49,855 nucleotides of DNA from Chrysochromulina tobinii (Eukaryota), in the NCBI GenBank assembly GCA_001275005.1, contig JWZX01002898.1, positions 1-49,855 on the forward strand. The letters are read 5' to 3'. The number at the start of each line of letters is the position of its first letter. The first letter of the stretch is position 1. Made by a program: the position numbers and the translations under genes. A model generated the notes under the pieces. That model had not been told where the DNA came from. It made no database searches and saw nothing but the letters and a program-made list of their open reading frames with translations. Below, one piece after another: positions 23,669-35,230 of the stretch.

Positions 23669-26600
23669 ATGCTCGTCGCCGTCTTGCACGAGATCGTCGG
23701 CGTGGTGGGTGCCATTTTCGAGGCACTGATTGCGTTTGTGCACTCGTGTTGCGGCGAAATTTATCGGCGACGGCGACGGCCTCACGTGACAGTGCTCATG
23801 CTTCTGACCATCTGTGTGCTCATCGCGTGGCTGTCGGTGCAAACTTCTGCCGAAGTGGTGAGCACCGGAAGCCCCACGCCACCGCACCTAGAAGAGTCGG
23901 CGATGCTTCCGCCTAGCACTCCAGAGTCGCGACCATCGGTTACAAGCCGACATGGCACACACTCGCGTGTCGCCGTGACCATCCGATCGCTCCATACCAG
24001 CAAGTACTGGCAGCTGCAGAAGGAGGCCGACGGCACCAGGATGCGCCTCTCTGCCAGTGCGCCGCCGGAGCAGCGAGGGCTTGAGAGCACGGTCTTCCTG
24101 CTGGAGCGCGAGGGCGATCCCGAGAGCGGCGGCTGGGTGCTGCTCAGGTGGCTCAAGACAAGGCAGTTGCTCGAGGCGGTGCCGCCGGGCGTGCTGGGGC
24201 GCGAGGAGGATGCTTGGAGCGTGCGCCTCTCGGAGGCGCCGGCGGTGAACGAGCTGCACAAGCTCATCATCGAAGATGATGCGACGCACTCGCAGTCACA
24301 CATCTGGTCTGTCGGGCTCCACGGCTATCTCAACCAACTTGCCTCCTCAGACGACGTGGTCGGGCACGGCGACGCGTTCCCGCCGACGGTGGCCACCGAG
24401 CCGCCGCCTCGCGGCGCGGTGGCCGTCGAGCGGCTCACGAGCGGAGCCGCGTGGCTGATGGAGGCTCTCGAGCGCCGAGATGAGCAGCTCGACGCGCTGC
24501 AGGAGCAGCTTGATGCGGCGCGTGCCGAGCTGGCGGCGATCTCATCGAAGGTGAGGGGCACGCCCGGGATTGTGATGGATTGTGATGGATGGCCAATGGA
24601 GTGCCACTCGTGAGCTTCGTCAACCCAATGTACCAGGGGAGCGTTAGGGTCTCCTTGACTGTCCTCGATTGCCCTTGATTGAGTGCCACTCATGAGCTTC
24701 GTCATCTCCTCGGCACGCGCCGCGCAGTAGCCGACGCCATGATTGTCCTTGATTGACGAAGCTCATGATTGTCCTTGATTGCCGCGCAGGAGCCGACGCC
24801 ATGTTTGTCCTTGATTGACGAAGCTCATGATTGTCCTTGATTGCCGCGCAGGGGCCGACGCCATGATTGTCCTTGATTGACGAAGCTCATGATTGTCCTT
24901 GATTGCCGCGCAGGAGCCGACGCCAGGGCGACCGGTAAGCTCGCGCGTGAGCCCCACTGCCGCCGCCGCCGCCGCCGCCACCACCACCATCACCACCGAG
25001 GTCTCGACGGACGGGAACGGCGCCTCGACGATGCCCAGCGCGAGACCCTCTGCTGAGGGCTCTCTGGTGGCCGTTGGGACGACCGTTGGGACGGCCGTTG
25101 GGACGGCCGTTGGGAAGCTTGTCGAAGCGCGGACGGCGCCCCAGCGACGCACTCATGTGCACGTCGAATGCCCCGCGAGCGGCGCGAGCGGCGCGAGCGG
25201 CGCGGCGGCAGGCGCCGCTGCTGCCCCAGCCCGCCGCACGAGCGCGCGCAGGCACCGAGGACGAGGACGAGGGCGACTGCGCGAGGCGGCCCCGGGTGGC
25301 GCCCACGACAGCACCACGGACGTCGACGAGGGCGCCCAAGACGACGCGACCTTGAACGCCACGAGCGTGTGCTCTGCGGACGGCCTCCCGATATGGAGTT
25401 ACATGGCGGGGGCCGAGTATCTCAAGTTCGTGCGCGCGATCGCGAGCCGACTGCGCCTCGGCAGCGGCGACGCCCTGTTGGATCTCGCCGCCGGAGATTG
25501 CGGCGCCTCCTCGCTCGCCATCCAGCAACTCTATCGCGGCCGCCTCAAGTCCTTGGCCCTACTGCCGACGGAGGGCTCGGTGCACCTGTTTAGGCAGGCG
25601 TTGCATGCGAGGAGCACGCTGGGCACGCCGCAGGGGCAATTGCAGGGGCAGTTATTACAGGGGCCATTTGCGCCGCAGGTGAACACGTGTGTGGCGAGCG
25701 CCTCCAGGCATGCACGTGCTCACTATGACGCCCTCTCTCCACCCCGCAGGTGAACACGTGTGTGGCGAGCGCCTCCAGGCTCGACTGGCTGCCTCCCAAT
25801 AGCTTCGACGCGGCCATCACATTTGGCGCCTTTAGCATGCTTCGCTCGCGGGCTCGGCTGTGCTCCTCGTACCGCGCCGTCTTGCACACCCTCCGTCCCG
25901 GCGGCCGTTTCGTCATTGCGGACGTAGAGCATCCCGACCGCTGCTCGAGGCCGAGCAGCAGCAGTGGCCCCTCCTCGTCGTCCCTGGCCGAGGCCGCGTC
26001 ACTCAACGGTCAGCCCGATGAGTGCGCCAGCTGCCATTGGCGCGTGTCGGTACCCCTTGCGTTTTGGATTGCATGCACACCAATGGACCTCGAGGTCACC
26101 GTCAGCACCGTCGAGCACACCGACCTGCCGGGTACCTCCACGTATCCGTGCGCCTCGCGACACTTTGCGCTGCTCGCGCAGCGGGCCTCAACGCCGCACG
26201 AGGTGAGGGCCACCATCGAGGCAAGCTCGGAAGAGAGCAAAGCGAGCAAGGTGGCGGTGCTTCTCTCCCTGTCGGCGAGCGACACGGTCGACGGCGAGTT
26301 CCAGCAGCGTGTGCAGTATCTCAAGGAGGCCTCGATCGATAACAAGCGCATGTACTGCGGTCTGCACGGCTACTCGCTCGTGATCGGCGAGGAGCTCCAC
26401 CATGCGCGCGACAGGTGGGCGAGTCGATTGCCATGGATTGCCATGGACTGCCATGGATTGCCATGGATTGTCATGGATTGCCACGGATTGCCATGGATTG
26501 CCATAGATTGCCATGGATTGCCATGGATTGCCATGGATTGCCACGGATTGCCATGGATTGCCTCCCAATGGCCTCCCAATGGCCTCCCGATGGCCGCCCT

Positions 26601-27418
26601 TCTCTCATGAGCTCTACCCTGGGCGCGGCAGAGGCTGGGACAAGGTGAAGTTGCTGGCCGCGCAGCATGCCAATTACGAGTGGCTCCTGTGGGTACCGCT
26701 CGATGCCATCTTTGCTGATACGGCGAGCTCTCTCGATGCGCTCACCGACGACAAGCGCGCAAATATCATCGCGTTGCAGGACGAGAGTGGCGATGGGATG
26801 GGGACTGGGGTACTTTCCGAGCCCCTTCTCATCCGAGGCAAGACCGAATGGTCACGGCGGCTCCTCGAGCAGGTGCGCTGATGGCCGCTGATGGCCACTG
26901 ATGACCTCTGATGACCTCTGATGACCTCTGATGGCCGCTGATGACCGCGGAGGACCTCTGATGACCTCTGATGGCCTCTGATGGCCTCTGATTGCGTCCC
27001 TCATCACTCCTTGAGCAGTGGTGGGGCTTTTACACCGATGGCTTCGGCGGCAGTGACAGAGAGGCGCTTCAGCTCATTCTCTCGTCGATGAACGAAGAGG
27101 AGCGCGCGCGGCGCGTGCGCATCATCCAGCCCGACGCGGTCTTTAGCTCGGTGGCGTCGGTGGAACCGCTCGCCTGGGCGCTGCCCTACACGCCTCCGGC
27201 CTTGCTCGTCTCCTTTGATGATAGCACGAGCCTCGTCGGTGCCGCCGAGCGTGCCCCCAGCACCATCGCCTGCCCGATGCGGAGCAGCGACCGTCAATTG
27301 CTTCGGTGCCTGCATGCCTTCACCTCGCACCATCTCAAGGCGATTCAGGCCGCCGATGCGCGTTACCATCCGCCGGCCGTCTTCGACACGACCGAGCACG
27401 CCATCACGACGACCGAGG

Positions 27419-27457
<39 letters not shown>

Positions 27458-29566
27458 GCAGTGCGGAGAGGGCACAAGAGGCGGGCGTGGAGGACGAGGC
27501 AGCCCGGGCGCGCAACTCGAGCGGCATGGCCGGTGGCGGCGGCATGGCCAAGAGTAGCGGCGCCGAGATCGATCTGGCGGGCCCAGATCGATCTGGCGGC
27601 GCCGAGATCGATCTGGCGGGCCGTTGGCTCACCCCTCGGCTTTCCTCGGGGCGCCCGATGGGTGGAAGTCCCCACAGGGCGATGGCCTGCCCCGCCGCAC
27701 TCTCGCGCCTTGCTGATGACGTGTCCAATCGGCTCAAAAAGAGGCCGGGGCGCGGGCGGAGCTTCCCGACACGGCTCCTGAGCGCGGCCAAGGAGCTCGC
27801 GTTGCATCAGGCGGCCGTTGCGCGTGAGGAGCGTCTCAAGGTAGGGCTGAGCGCCGACGTGGGCGCGTCTGTATCGCCAGGGAGCCAGGGGGGCGAGGGC
27901 AAGGGCGTTGAGGACGAGGAGCAGGCGGAGGCGGCATGCGCCACCGGCAGCACCTGGCCGCTCATGCCGCCCGCGCTCCTCGCCAAGCACGTGCTGGCCA
28001 TCGGCACGCGCCTAGCGCTAGGAGAGGGGATGTCCGTCCTCGACGTTGGAGCGACCTGTGGCCACGCGCTCGCGATTCTGCAGGCGCGCTACCGCAACAA
28101 GCTGCGTGCGATGGGCGTCGATGGCTCGAAGGCATCCTTGCAATATGCGAGGCGCACGTGCCAAGGCACCTTTTGCGTCGGCGACGCACGCCAGCTCTCC
28201 GGGCTCGCCGACGAGAGCTTCGACGTCGCGTTCACCATGGACATCATGTCTCAGTTGACCAGCACCGGCGACGTGTGTGACGTGGCCCGTGAGCTCGCGC
28301 GCGTGGTGCGACCTGGCGGGCGCGCGATGATCGTGTCCGTGCCGAAATCCTCGTGCGCGACCACGCATGACGCGAGCTGGGACTGCCCGCACTGCTTTTG
28401 GCAGCTCAAGAGCATCGACAAGAACTTTTGGGCGGCGTGCTTGTCGCAGCCGCCGGCGAGCGAGGGCTCGAGGGGGGGGAGGAGCTGGGGGCTCGGGGGG
28501 GGGAGGAGCTGCTGGCGGCGCGTACCGCATTGAGATTGTCGCGAACACGGAGCTCTTCCCCTCGAAGCCCGGGAGCTATTGCCATCGAGAGCACTACTCC
28601 GTGCTGATCCATAAAAAGTCGCCCGCCAGCGTCTTCGTCTTCCAGCAGCCGAAGCCCAAACTCGCCGTCCTCACCGTTGCCAGTACGCCCCCTATTGGCG
28701 AGTACGGCAAGCAGAAGGTGCATTACCTCACAGAGCTCTCGATCGAGAACAAGCGGCAGTACTGCGCGCAGCACGGCTTCGAGCTTGTCGTCGCGCAGAA
28801 CCTCGCTCACGGGCGGACGGCGCGCTGGGATAAGGTGCGGCTCCTCGCTGATGACTACTGATGACCACTGGTGACGCCTGATGACCTCTGATGACTACTG
28901 GGATAAGGTGAGGCTCCTCTCAGGCTCCTCTCAGGCTCCTCTCAGGCTCCTCTCAGGCTCCTCTCAGGCTCCTCTCAGGCTCCTCTCAGGCTCCTCTCAG
29001 GCTCTGGCGCCGGTGGCTCGCGTATCGGTGCTCACTACGGCGCCTCGCGCTCCCCACAGGTGATGCTCCTGCGCCGGATGCTCGCTCACTACGAGTGGGT
29101 GCATTGGGTGGACCTGGATACGCTCTTCATGAACCTGAAGCGCTCGCCGATGGAGTTCCTCGACGGCGCCTTTGACTTGCATGTGGCCAAGGACGCCAAC
29201 GGGCTGAACACGGGCTCGTTCTACGTCAAGGCCTCACCGTGGTCACACGAGCTCCTTCGGCGCGTGTGGGAGCATAATGACGGCGGTCAGGGCGAGTCGG
29301 ACCAGCGCTCGTTTGCACACGTGATCGCGCAGCTGTCCGGGCGCGAGCGGACAAAACACGTCAAGTACTACGCGCAGAAAATCTTCAACGAGTACCCCGA
29401 CCCGATCGTTTCTTTCAAGGGATGGCGCGGCCACTTTCGCGAGGGCGATTACCTGCTGCATTTCCCGGGTACCTTTTGCGGACTCTCGCCGAGCGGCGTG
29501 TACACGGACATGCACCTGCTCTCGTGCTTGCACCGCTTCACGATCCACTTTGTGGCGGCCATGTAG
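23669..29566 (+). CDS. Membrane-anchored protein with two tandem [class I SAM methyltransferase + GT34 (GMA12/MNN10-like) glycosyltransferase] units; 6 exons
   Basis: N-terminal RRRRR plus TM helix. MT motifs LLDLAAGDCG/SFDAA/LRPGGR and VLDVGATCG/SFDVA/VRPGGR. GT34 motifs KRMYCGLHGY..WDKVKLL..YEWLLWVPLDAIF and NKRQYCAQHGF..WDKVMLL..YEWVHWVDLDTLF..NGLNTG..DQ..GDYLLHFPG. Introns 24551-24913, 25679-25749, 26415-26631, 26873-27018, 28835-29059. One frameshift in the G-run at 28472-28479. Confidence 0.8.
24715..24925 (+). repeat. ~62-nt tandem repeat containing the 3' splice site (four CGCGCAG copies)
   Basis: AG at 24727, 24789, 24851, 24913, each followed by x-x-G-CCGACGCCA. Confidence 0.9.
26426..26561 (+). 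repeat. Intronic (GATTGCCATG)n 10-mer satellite
   Basis: About 13 tandem units, directly visible. Confidence 0.97.
26878..26993 (+). repeat. Intronic (TGATGRCCTC)n 10-mer satellite
   Basis: Directly visible. Confidence 0.95.
28848..29004 (+). repeat. Intronic compound satellite: TGATGAC-type 10-mers then (AGGCTCCTCTC)n 11-mers
   Basis: Directly visible; the 11-mer begins inside a copy of the donor junction. Confidence 0.95.
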
Positions 29567-29767
29567 AGAGTTGTGAGAGTTGTGGGAGTTGTACACTGTA
29601 CAGCACGGTGTAGCTCATCTAGGCGAGGGAATCCTATTCCTCGGTACGTTTTATATTGAAAGAACCATCTCGGAGTATTTTGGGGGATATTCGAAGCCCG
29701 AGCTCGCGGTGCTCAGCTGGACATTTCGTGTAAGCTTCGCGTGTCTGCATCTATTTCTTTCGCACAC

Positions 29768-30058
29768 ATGGTGGGAACCCGTCTCAGCGGGGGCGCTTCC
29801 GCGGCGCAGCCGCCGGCGAGACAATCAGCCGACCGCACCAGCACCACGAGTGCAGTCTCGTTGCCACTCGTCGACATCATCGAGGCGCTCGCGCACCACG
29901 TTCCGATGGAGAAACGTCAGACGGTCCTACTGCTCGCTCGTCTCGCTCGTGAGAAGCCGGAGCAGGAGCAAAGAGTCAAGGAGCAGTTGCTCATCGTGGG
30001 CGGCGCCGATGCGCTGCGCGCGGCAGTGTGCAGCTTGCTCGGCGCGCAGGACAAGGCG

Positions 30059-30097
<39 letters not shown>

Positions 30098-31876
30098 GTC
30101 GCTGCTCCCGCTCCCGCCCCTGAGGTCGCGGTGCGGCCGCCATCGCCGCCGCTCCGCCTCGCGCCGCTGCACCCGGTGCCGACGAGCGATCCGCGGATGC
30201 CGCCCGCCAACATGGCGGCCATCTTCGGCAGCACGCAGCCGAATGACGAGTTCCGCGCCTCGCTCATCCACGCCTTCCACTGCCGCACGCCCTCTTGCCC
30301 GGTCGCGGGGTGCGAGTCACTCACCTCGAAGCTCGGTCGGCTGCAGCAGCACGTCTCGTCGTGCACGGAGAGCTACTGCCTGCTGTGCCGCATCTGGACC
30401 TACCTCAAGTGCTACCAGTGTGCTGCGCCGCTCGACATCTCCAGCAGCCACTCGCTCTGCCGTCCGGTCGACGCGCCCTCTACCAACGGGCTTCACACCG
30501 GCTCGCTCGCGCCGGCGCCGCTGCTGCCTCGCTGGCACCCCGACGGGCGCATCTCGTGGGTGTCGCCGCAGGAGGCGCTCACGCACCTGCAGGCGCTCAC
30601 GAGTGGCACCTTCGATGGCGCCCGCGACGGCGCGGGCTCCGAGCCGCCCTCCAAGCGCCACGCCGGGCCCGGCGCCGTGCATGCAAGTGCTCGCCACGGC
30701 GCCTTCGACTTTGCGACGGCGCACGCGGACTACCTCGCATCGCTGCAGGGCGTCGTGCCGGGCGCGCGCGTGAATCATGCGGCCGAGCTGCCCAGGCCGA
30801 CCGCGCCCGGCACGACGCCGCGCGTCGTGCCGGCCGTCGAGCCGCTCGAGTCGTTCAACTTCGATCCGCTGGTCAGCCCGCTCGGCGACACGCCACCCCT
30901 GAACTCGCATCAGCACTTTGGTGACCAACGCTCGAACACAAAGCATGGGGTGGGAGGGGCGCCGAGCGCCGTGTCGAGCGCCTCCGCCGCCGTCCCGGGC
31001 ACATCAGCGCTACCCGCCGCTCCTCCTTTGTTCAAGGGGCGGCACAAGCGCACCCTGACCTCCGAGCCCACTCGCACGTCCTCTACGTTTGCGCGCTCGG
31101 CGAGCGGTCTGCACGTGCCTCTTCTCAATCCGCTGCCGTCGCAGGCCGGCCAGACGCCCGGGATGGCGCCTTGGATGGCGCCCGGGCTCTCCCAATTTGG
31201 CAACGGCGCGCACTCTGGCCTGGGCGGCAGTGACTTGCACGCGGGCGGCGCGCTCGTCGGCTCGCATGGCGGAGGGGGGAACCAGGGAGGTGGGGGTCAC
31301 CAACTACCCCCCGAGCTCAAGTTCGAAGTGATGCAGGGTCTCTCCATGCAAGGCTCTCGCTCCCTCAACCTGAGCGGCAATCTCGCCGATCTGCTGCGCT
31401 CCTCGTCCAATCTCGATCTGAGCCTCCTCGGGCTCGGCATGAGCTCGAGCGATCTGGGCTCCCTGGGCTTCCGCAACGATGCTAAGCCCCCCTCCTCGGC
31501 AACCGACCACTTCTGCTCCTCACCGGCACTGACCGGCCAGAGCTTCGGGCTCACCGACACCCCGAAGCTCGGCGGCTTACCCTTTGCACGCGGCCAGAGC
31601 TTCGGACTCACCGACACCCCGAAGCTCGGCGGCGTGCCCTTTGCACGCGGCCAGAGCTTCGGGCTCTCCCTCGTGCGCGGCCGCTCAGGCCTCGACAAGT
31701 GCGCGTCCGAGTTCTCCCTCTCGGGCTTCCTCAACGAGGAGGCGATGGGTGGGGATCAATCGAGCGGCTCCGGCGGCACCTCGCCCCCCGTGGACAAGGG
31801 GCTGAATGACATCATGAACGACTTCACCGGAGGGTCCGGACCGCAGCACTCGGGGCAGCGGCTCGTCTCAGCATGA
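29768..31876 (+). CDS. Putative transcriptional co-regulator with RST-like domain and TAZ-type zinc finger, long disordered tail
   Basis: Single long ORF. LPLVDIIEALAHHVPMEK...LLIVGGADALRAAV resembles RST; LIHAFHC-x4-C-x4-C...H-x3-C-x4-C-x2-C fits TAZ; 63-nt repeat (GQSFGLTDTPKLGGxPFAR) near the C-terminus. Confidence 0.7.
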
Positions 31877-32756
31877 CGGCTCGTCTCAGCATGAGAGCGG
31901 CGCGAAAGGCGAGGACCTCCCTCTTACTACGGGATAGGGGGCACTCAGGTGGCACTCGGCTCTCGGCGCGGCAGGCAGCGGCCGCGTGGCGACGGCAGTC
32001 GGGTATGCCTGCGCCGACGCCTCTCGTGCTACTCGCCGCGGGCCAGGCGTAGAGGGCACAGTGCTGCTGGGTCGTGGTAATGGAGAGGATGAGCCATGAA
32101 GCATATGTGAATGTGAATGAGCCATGAAGCAAGTGGGAAGGGACGTCAGCGCGAAGGATGCACTCTTCGATTCGGATTCGGCGCCCGCTCGTGCCATATG
32201 CAGCGCTCCACCGCGGTTCAACGCGTTGGGCGGCATGTCTTGAACCGTTTTTGGTGTACACGTTGGCGTTTTGGCTCCAGTGTGTCACACTACGGACCGC
32301 GTGTGTCCGTGCAATCGCGTGTAATGTCTCGTCTCGTCCGCCACCACGGCGCTCCATCGTGAGCTATTCGAATAGGCCGCATCTCGTCAGAGTTCAGAAC
32401 GAAGTCATGTCAACGAAGTAAACGAAATCGACCGGTCAGTTTCACGTCACTCTCCTGTAGTTTTTCAATTCATCCGTGCAGAGACCAGAGTCGAGGGAGC
32501 GCCGTGCACGCTTTTATAATAAAGCCTTACGACATCTGCATCGCCGCCCGCTCAGCGTCGGCCTCACGAGTCTTTTTGCTGCGCTGCTGCCGTCCAACAT
32601 CGATTCCTGCACATCACTTACACATTTTTGCATGCATTTCGTGTTCCATTTTCGTTGAAGTCTGTCTCGTGGGCGACTCCGACTGTGGCGACGCCGGACG
32701 CAGTCGGAGGGCTGCAGCCTCGAACGACCACAGCACAACCTCGAACAACCTCACTG

Positions 32757-34433
32757 ATGTGTGACTTCAAGAGCGCGCGGCATGAAGGGCAAGACCCCGA
32801 AAACCACATCGCCATCTGCACGGTCGACAAGGCCCCGTACGTGGGTATGCAGCTCGACGTCTACGAGAGCCCAGCGACCAACCTCTACGAATCGAAGATC
32901 ACGTTCTACATGCACGAGGATTCGCGCAAGGACTTCCCCCTGATCGAGCATTACTCAACGGCTCGCACCCAACATGGCATCGCGGTTGACTCCTTGATCA
33001 GACTGAAAGAAGGCAAGCTCTACCAGGCGGCGATCCGTGCAGCGGGCGCCATCGAGCCGCTCGTGGCGCTCGTGCAGCCCGCGGATGGCGGCAGCTCGAA
33101 GCCGGCCGCGCAGCGACAAGGTGGCAGCGGCTACGCTGAGCTCCCGGGCCACTTCCATGACGGCCTCGGCCGCGGTGTCGCGAACACCTTCCGCTTTGGT
33201 GGTCTGTCGTTTGGTTGCTATAAGGTGGCTACCCAAGCTTCAAACTCCAAGGCGGGCGGAATCAAGCCGCTCGTGGCGCTCGTGCGCGATGGCGACGTAG
33301 CAGGCAAGGCGAGCGCAGCCGCCGCGATGGAGAATGTTCCAAGCAGAGGCCTTGAGGACCGTGCTAAGGATCAGGTCGAGGAAGCTGCCGCGCTGGCAGC
33401 CGCGGCAGCGCGTGCGGACGCGGCGATGGTGGCACTGCTAGCAGAGGAAGAGAATGAGACTCGAAAGGTACAGAGCAAGAAGGGCAAGAAGAAGGGTAAG
33501 AAGAAGGCGGGCGGCCCTGCGGAGGTGTCGAGCGCATCCCATGCCAACTTGGAGGCGATGGCAAAGGCAGAAGTCGATGCCGAGCTAGTGGTGCATGCCG
33601 AGGCTGAGGTGAAGCCGGAAGCTGCAGCGGCTATCAAGGCACAGGCGGCGGCTGAGGCCATGGCACTTGCGGCGGCCGAGGCCGAGGCCAGAGAGATGGC
33701 GGCACGAGAACGAGCGGAGGCTCGTGAGATCGAGGCGGCGATCGCCCTGGTGGCGGCGAGGGAGCAAGAGGAGGCTGAAGCTGCCCTGGCGGCGGCGAGG
33801 GAGCAAGAGGAGGCCGAAGCTGCCCTGGTGGCGGCGAGGGAGCAAGAGGAGGCCGAAGCTGCCCTGGTGGCGGCGAGGGAGCACGAGGAGGCCGAAGCTG
33901 CCCTGGTGGCGGCGAGGGAGCACGAGGAGGCCGAAGCTGCCCTGGTGGCGGCGGCAGAGCAGCAAGCTCGCATGCAGGCTGAGCAGGAGGCTCAGGCGGC
34001 GGCGGCACATGCACAGTCGCAAGCTGCGAGGAACGCACCCGCGGCCGTGGCAGAGAGCGCTGGCCGCGGCGGGCGAGGGGGTCGAGGGGGGCGTGGAGGG
34101 CGCGGTGGGCGCGGCCCGACTACCGTGCATCCGCCGCCCCCTGCCGCTGCACTGCCAACGGCCCCAGCACTGGCTCCTGCAGCTTTGATGCCAGCGGGGA
34201 GGCCTCTGACGCTCGCCGACGTGGGCAACATCACCGGCCGTGTGCACGACGAGGCGCCCGAATCGACCATCGGCGGCCAGACCACGTGCATCGTGTGCAT
34301 GGTGGGGTCCAAGTCGCACCTCGCGGTGCCGTGCGGCCATCAGCTCGCGTGCGAGCGCTGCGCGGCCAACATGAAGATCTGTCCGTACTGTTGCGAGCCC
34401 GTCCGGGAATGGGTGATGGCACGGGTGGTGTAA
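32757..34433 (+). CDS. Armadillo-like repeat / coiled-coil / C-terminal C3HC4 RING protein (putative E3 ligase); start uncertain
   Basis: AAGAIEPLVALV and AGGIKPLVALVRDG ARM-like motifs; 13-aa tandem repeat AREQEEAEAALVA; RGG stretch; CIVC..HLAVPCGHQLACERC..CPYC RING. Confidence 0.75.
   Translation: MCDFKSARHEGQDPENHIAICTVDKAPYVGMQLDVYESPATNLYESKITFYMHEDSRKDFPLIEHYSTARTQHGIAVDSLIRLKEGKLYQAAIRAAGAIEPLVALVQPADGGSSKPAAQRQGGSGYAELPGHFHDGLGRGVANTFRFGGLSFGCYKVATQASNSKAGGIKPLVALVRDGDVAGKASAAAAMENVPSRGLEDRAKDQVEEAAALAAAAARADAAMVALLAEEENETRKVQSKKGKKKGKKKAGGPAEVSSASHANLEAMAKAEVDAELVVHAEAEVKPEAAAAIKAQAAAEAMALAAAEAEAREMAARERAEAREIEAAIALVAAREQEEAEAALAAAREQEEAEAALVAAREQEEAEAALVAAREHEEAEAALVAAREHEEAEAALVAAAEQQARMQAEQEAQAAAAHAQSQAARNAPAAVAESAGRGGRGGRGGRGGRGGRGPTTVHPPPPAAALPTAPALAPAALMPAGRPLTLADVGNITGRVHDEAPESTIGGQTTCIVCMVGSKSHLAVPCGHQLACERCAANMKICPYCCEPVREWVMARVV
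33744..33955 (+). repeat. 39-nt coding minisatellite (~5 copies)
   Basis: gccctggtggcggcgagggagcaagaggaggccgaagct repeated in tandem. Confidence 0.95.
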
Positions 34434-35230
34434 ACCCTTGCGCTTGGGGCGAAACATGGCCACGGGCCGAGGGAGTCACAGCATACAGGAATCCTACTTT
34501 TGAGGTTGAGCAGCTGCGAGAAGAGCCGCGGCGGGGGCCGTGAGGACCCGTGGCAGAGAGGCGGGGGCAGAACGCGAACAGAAGGACAGACGGTGGTCGT
34601 GACGGTGGTGGAGCTGATAGAGACGACAAGTTTTGACTTTGGTGCATTCGATTGAAAGTTGCGGAGCGGGGCCCGGAGCGCGGAGGATCGTAGAAAGGGC
34701 ATGAGAAAGGCGAGGGTTGACATTGGATGCGAGTCGGTCTTGCTCTTGGCAAGATGCATACAATTAGAGAAATAAACTCATACACGTCCCCGGCTCCGGC
34801 GGTGGAGGGCAGGTCCAGGAGGGGACGGCGTGCGACACGACACGCACGTTCGGGTAGCAAGGAAGCATCAACGCTAGTCGCTACTCGCTAGCATGCATGT
34901 CGCTTCGGTCCGGTGTGCCTTGTGTCGGGTCGGACGGCTAGAGGGTGCTGGTCTTTTTCAAGACGCAGCCTTTTTCGTTAAAGGCTTTTTCAAGACGCGG
35001 CCACAGCGCACTGAGAGCCCGCGCCATAGGCACAGCGGCCACAGTTCTCATTCCGACGGGACGCGGTCCGGATGTGTACACGGGATGCGTCGCCCTGTCC
35101 TTCCGCGCCTGTGCGGCTCTCCGTCTCCGGATGACGAGCGCACTTAGAGCGCACGGGCCGTGCGAGCGTGTAGGCAGGGGTGTCTGCTCGCTCTCACGCG
35201 CGGCCGAGCCCCTTCACCGCGGTCGCCACA

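Noticed and set aside
28472..28503. Programmed frameshift or pseudogenisation of the MT-GT34 gene
   Set aside because: The shift falls in a G homopolymer within a Gly linker with intact domains on both sides; a sequencing indel is the simpler explanation pending read check.
27420..30096. (CAG)n tracts at ~27420 and ~30061 as polyglutamine
   Set aside because: In the coding frames they are read as AGC (poly-Ser); ordinary coding microsatellites.
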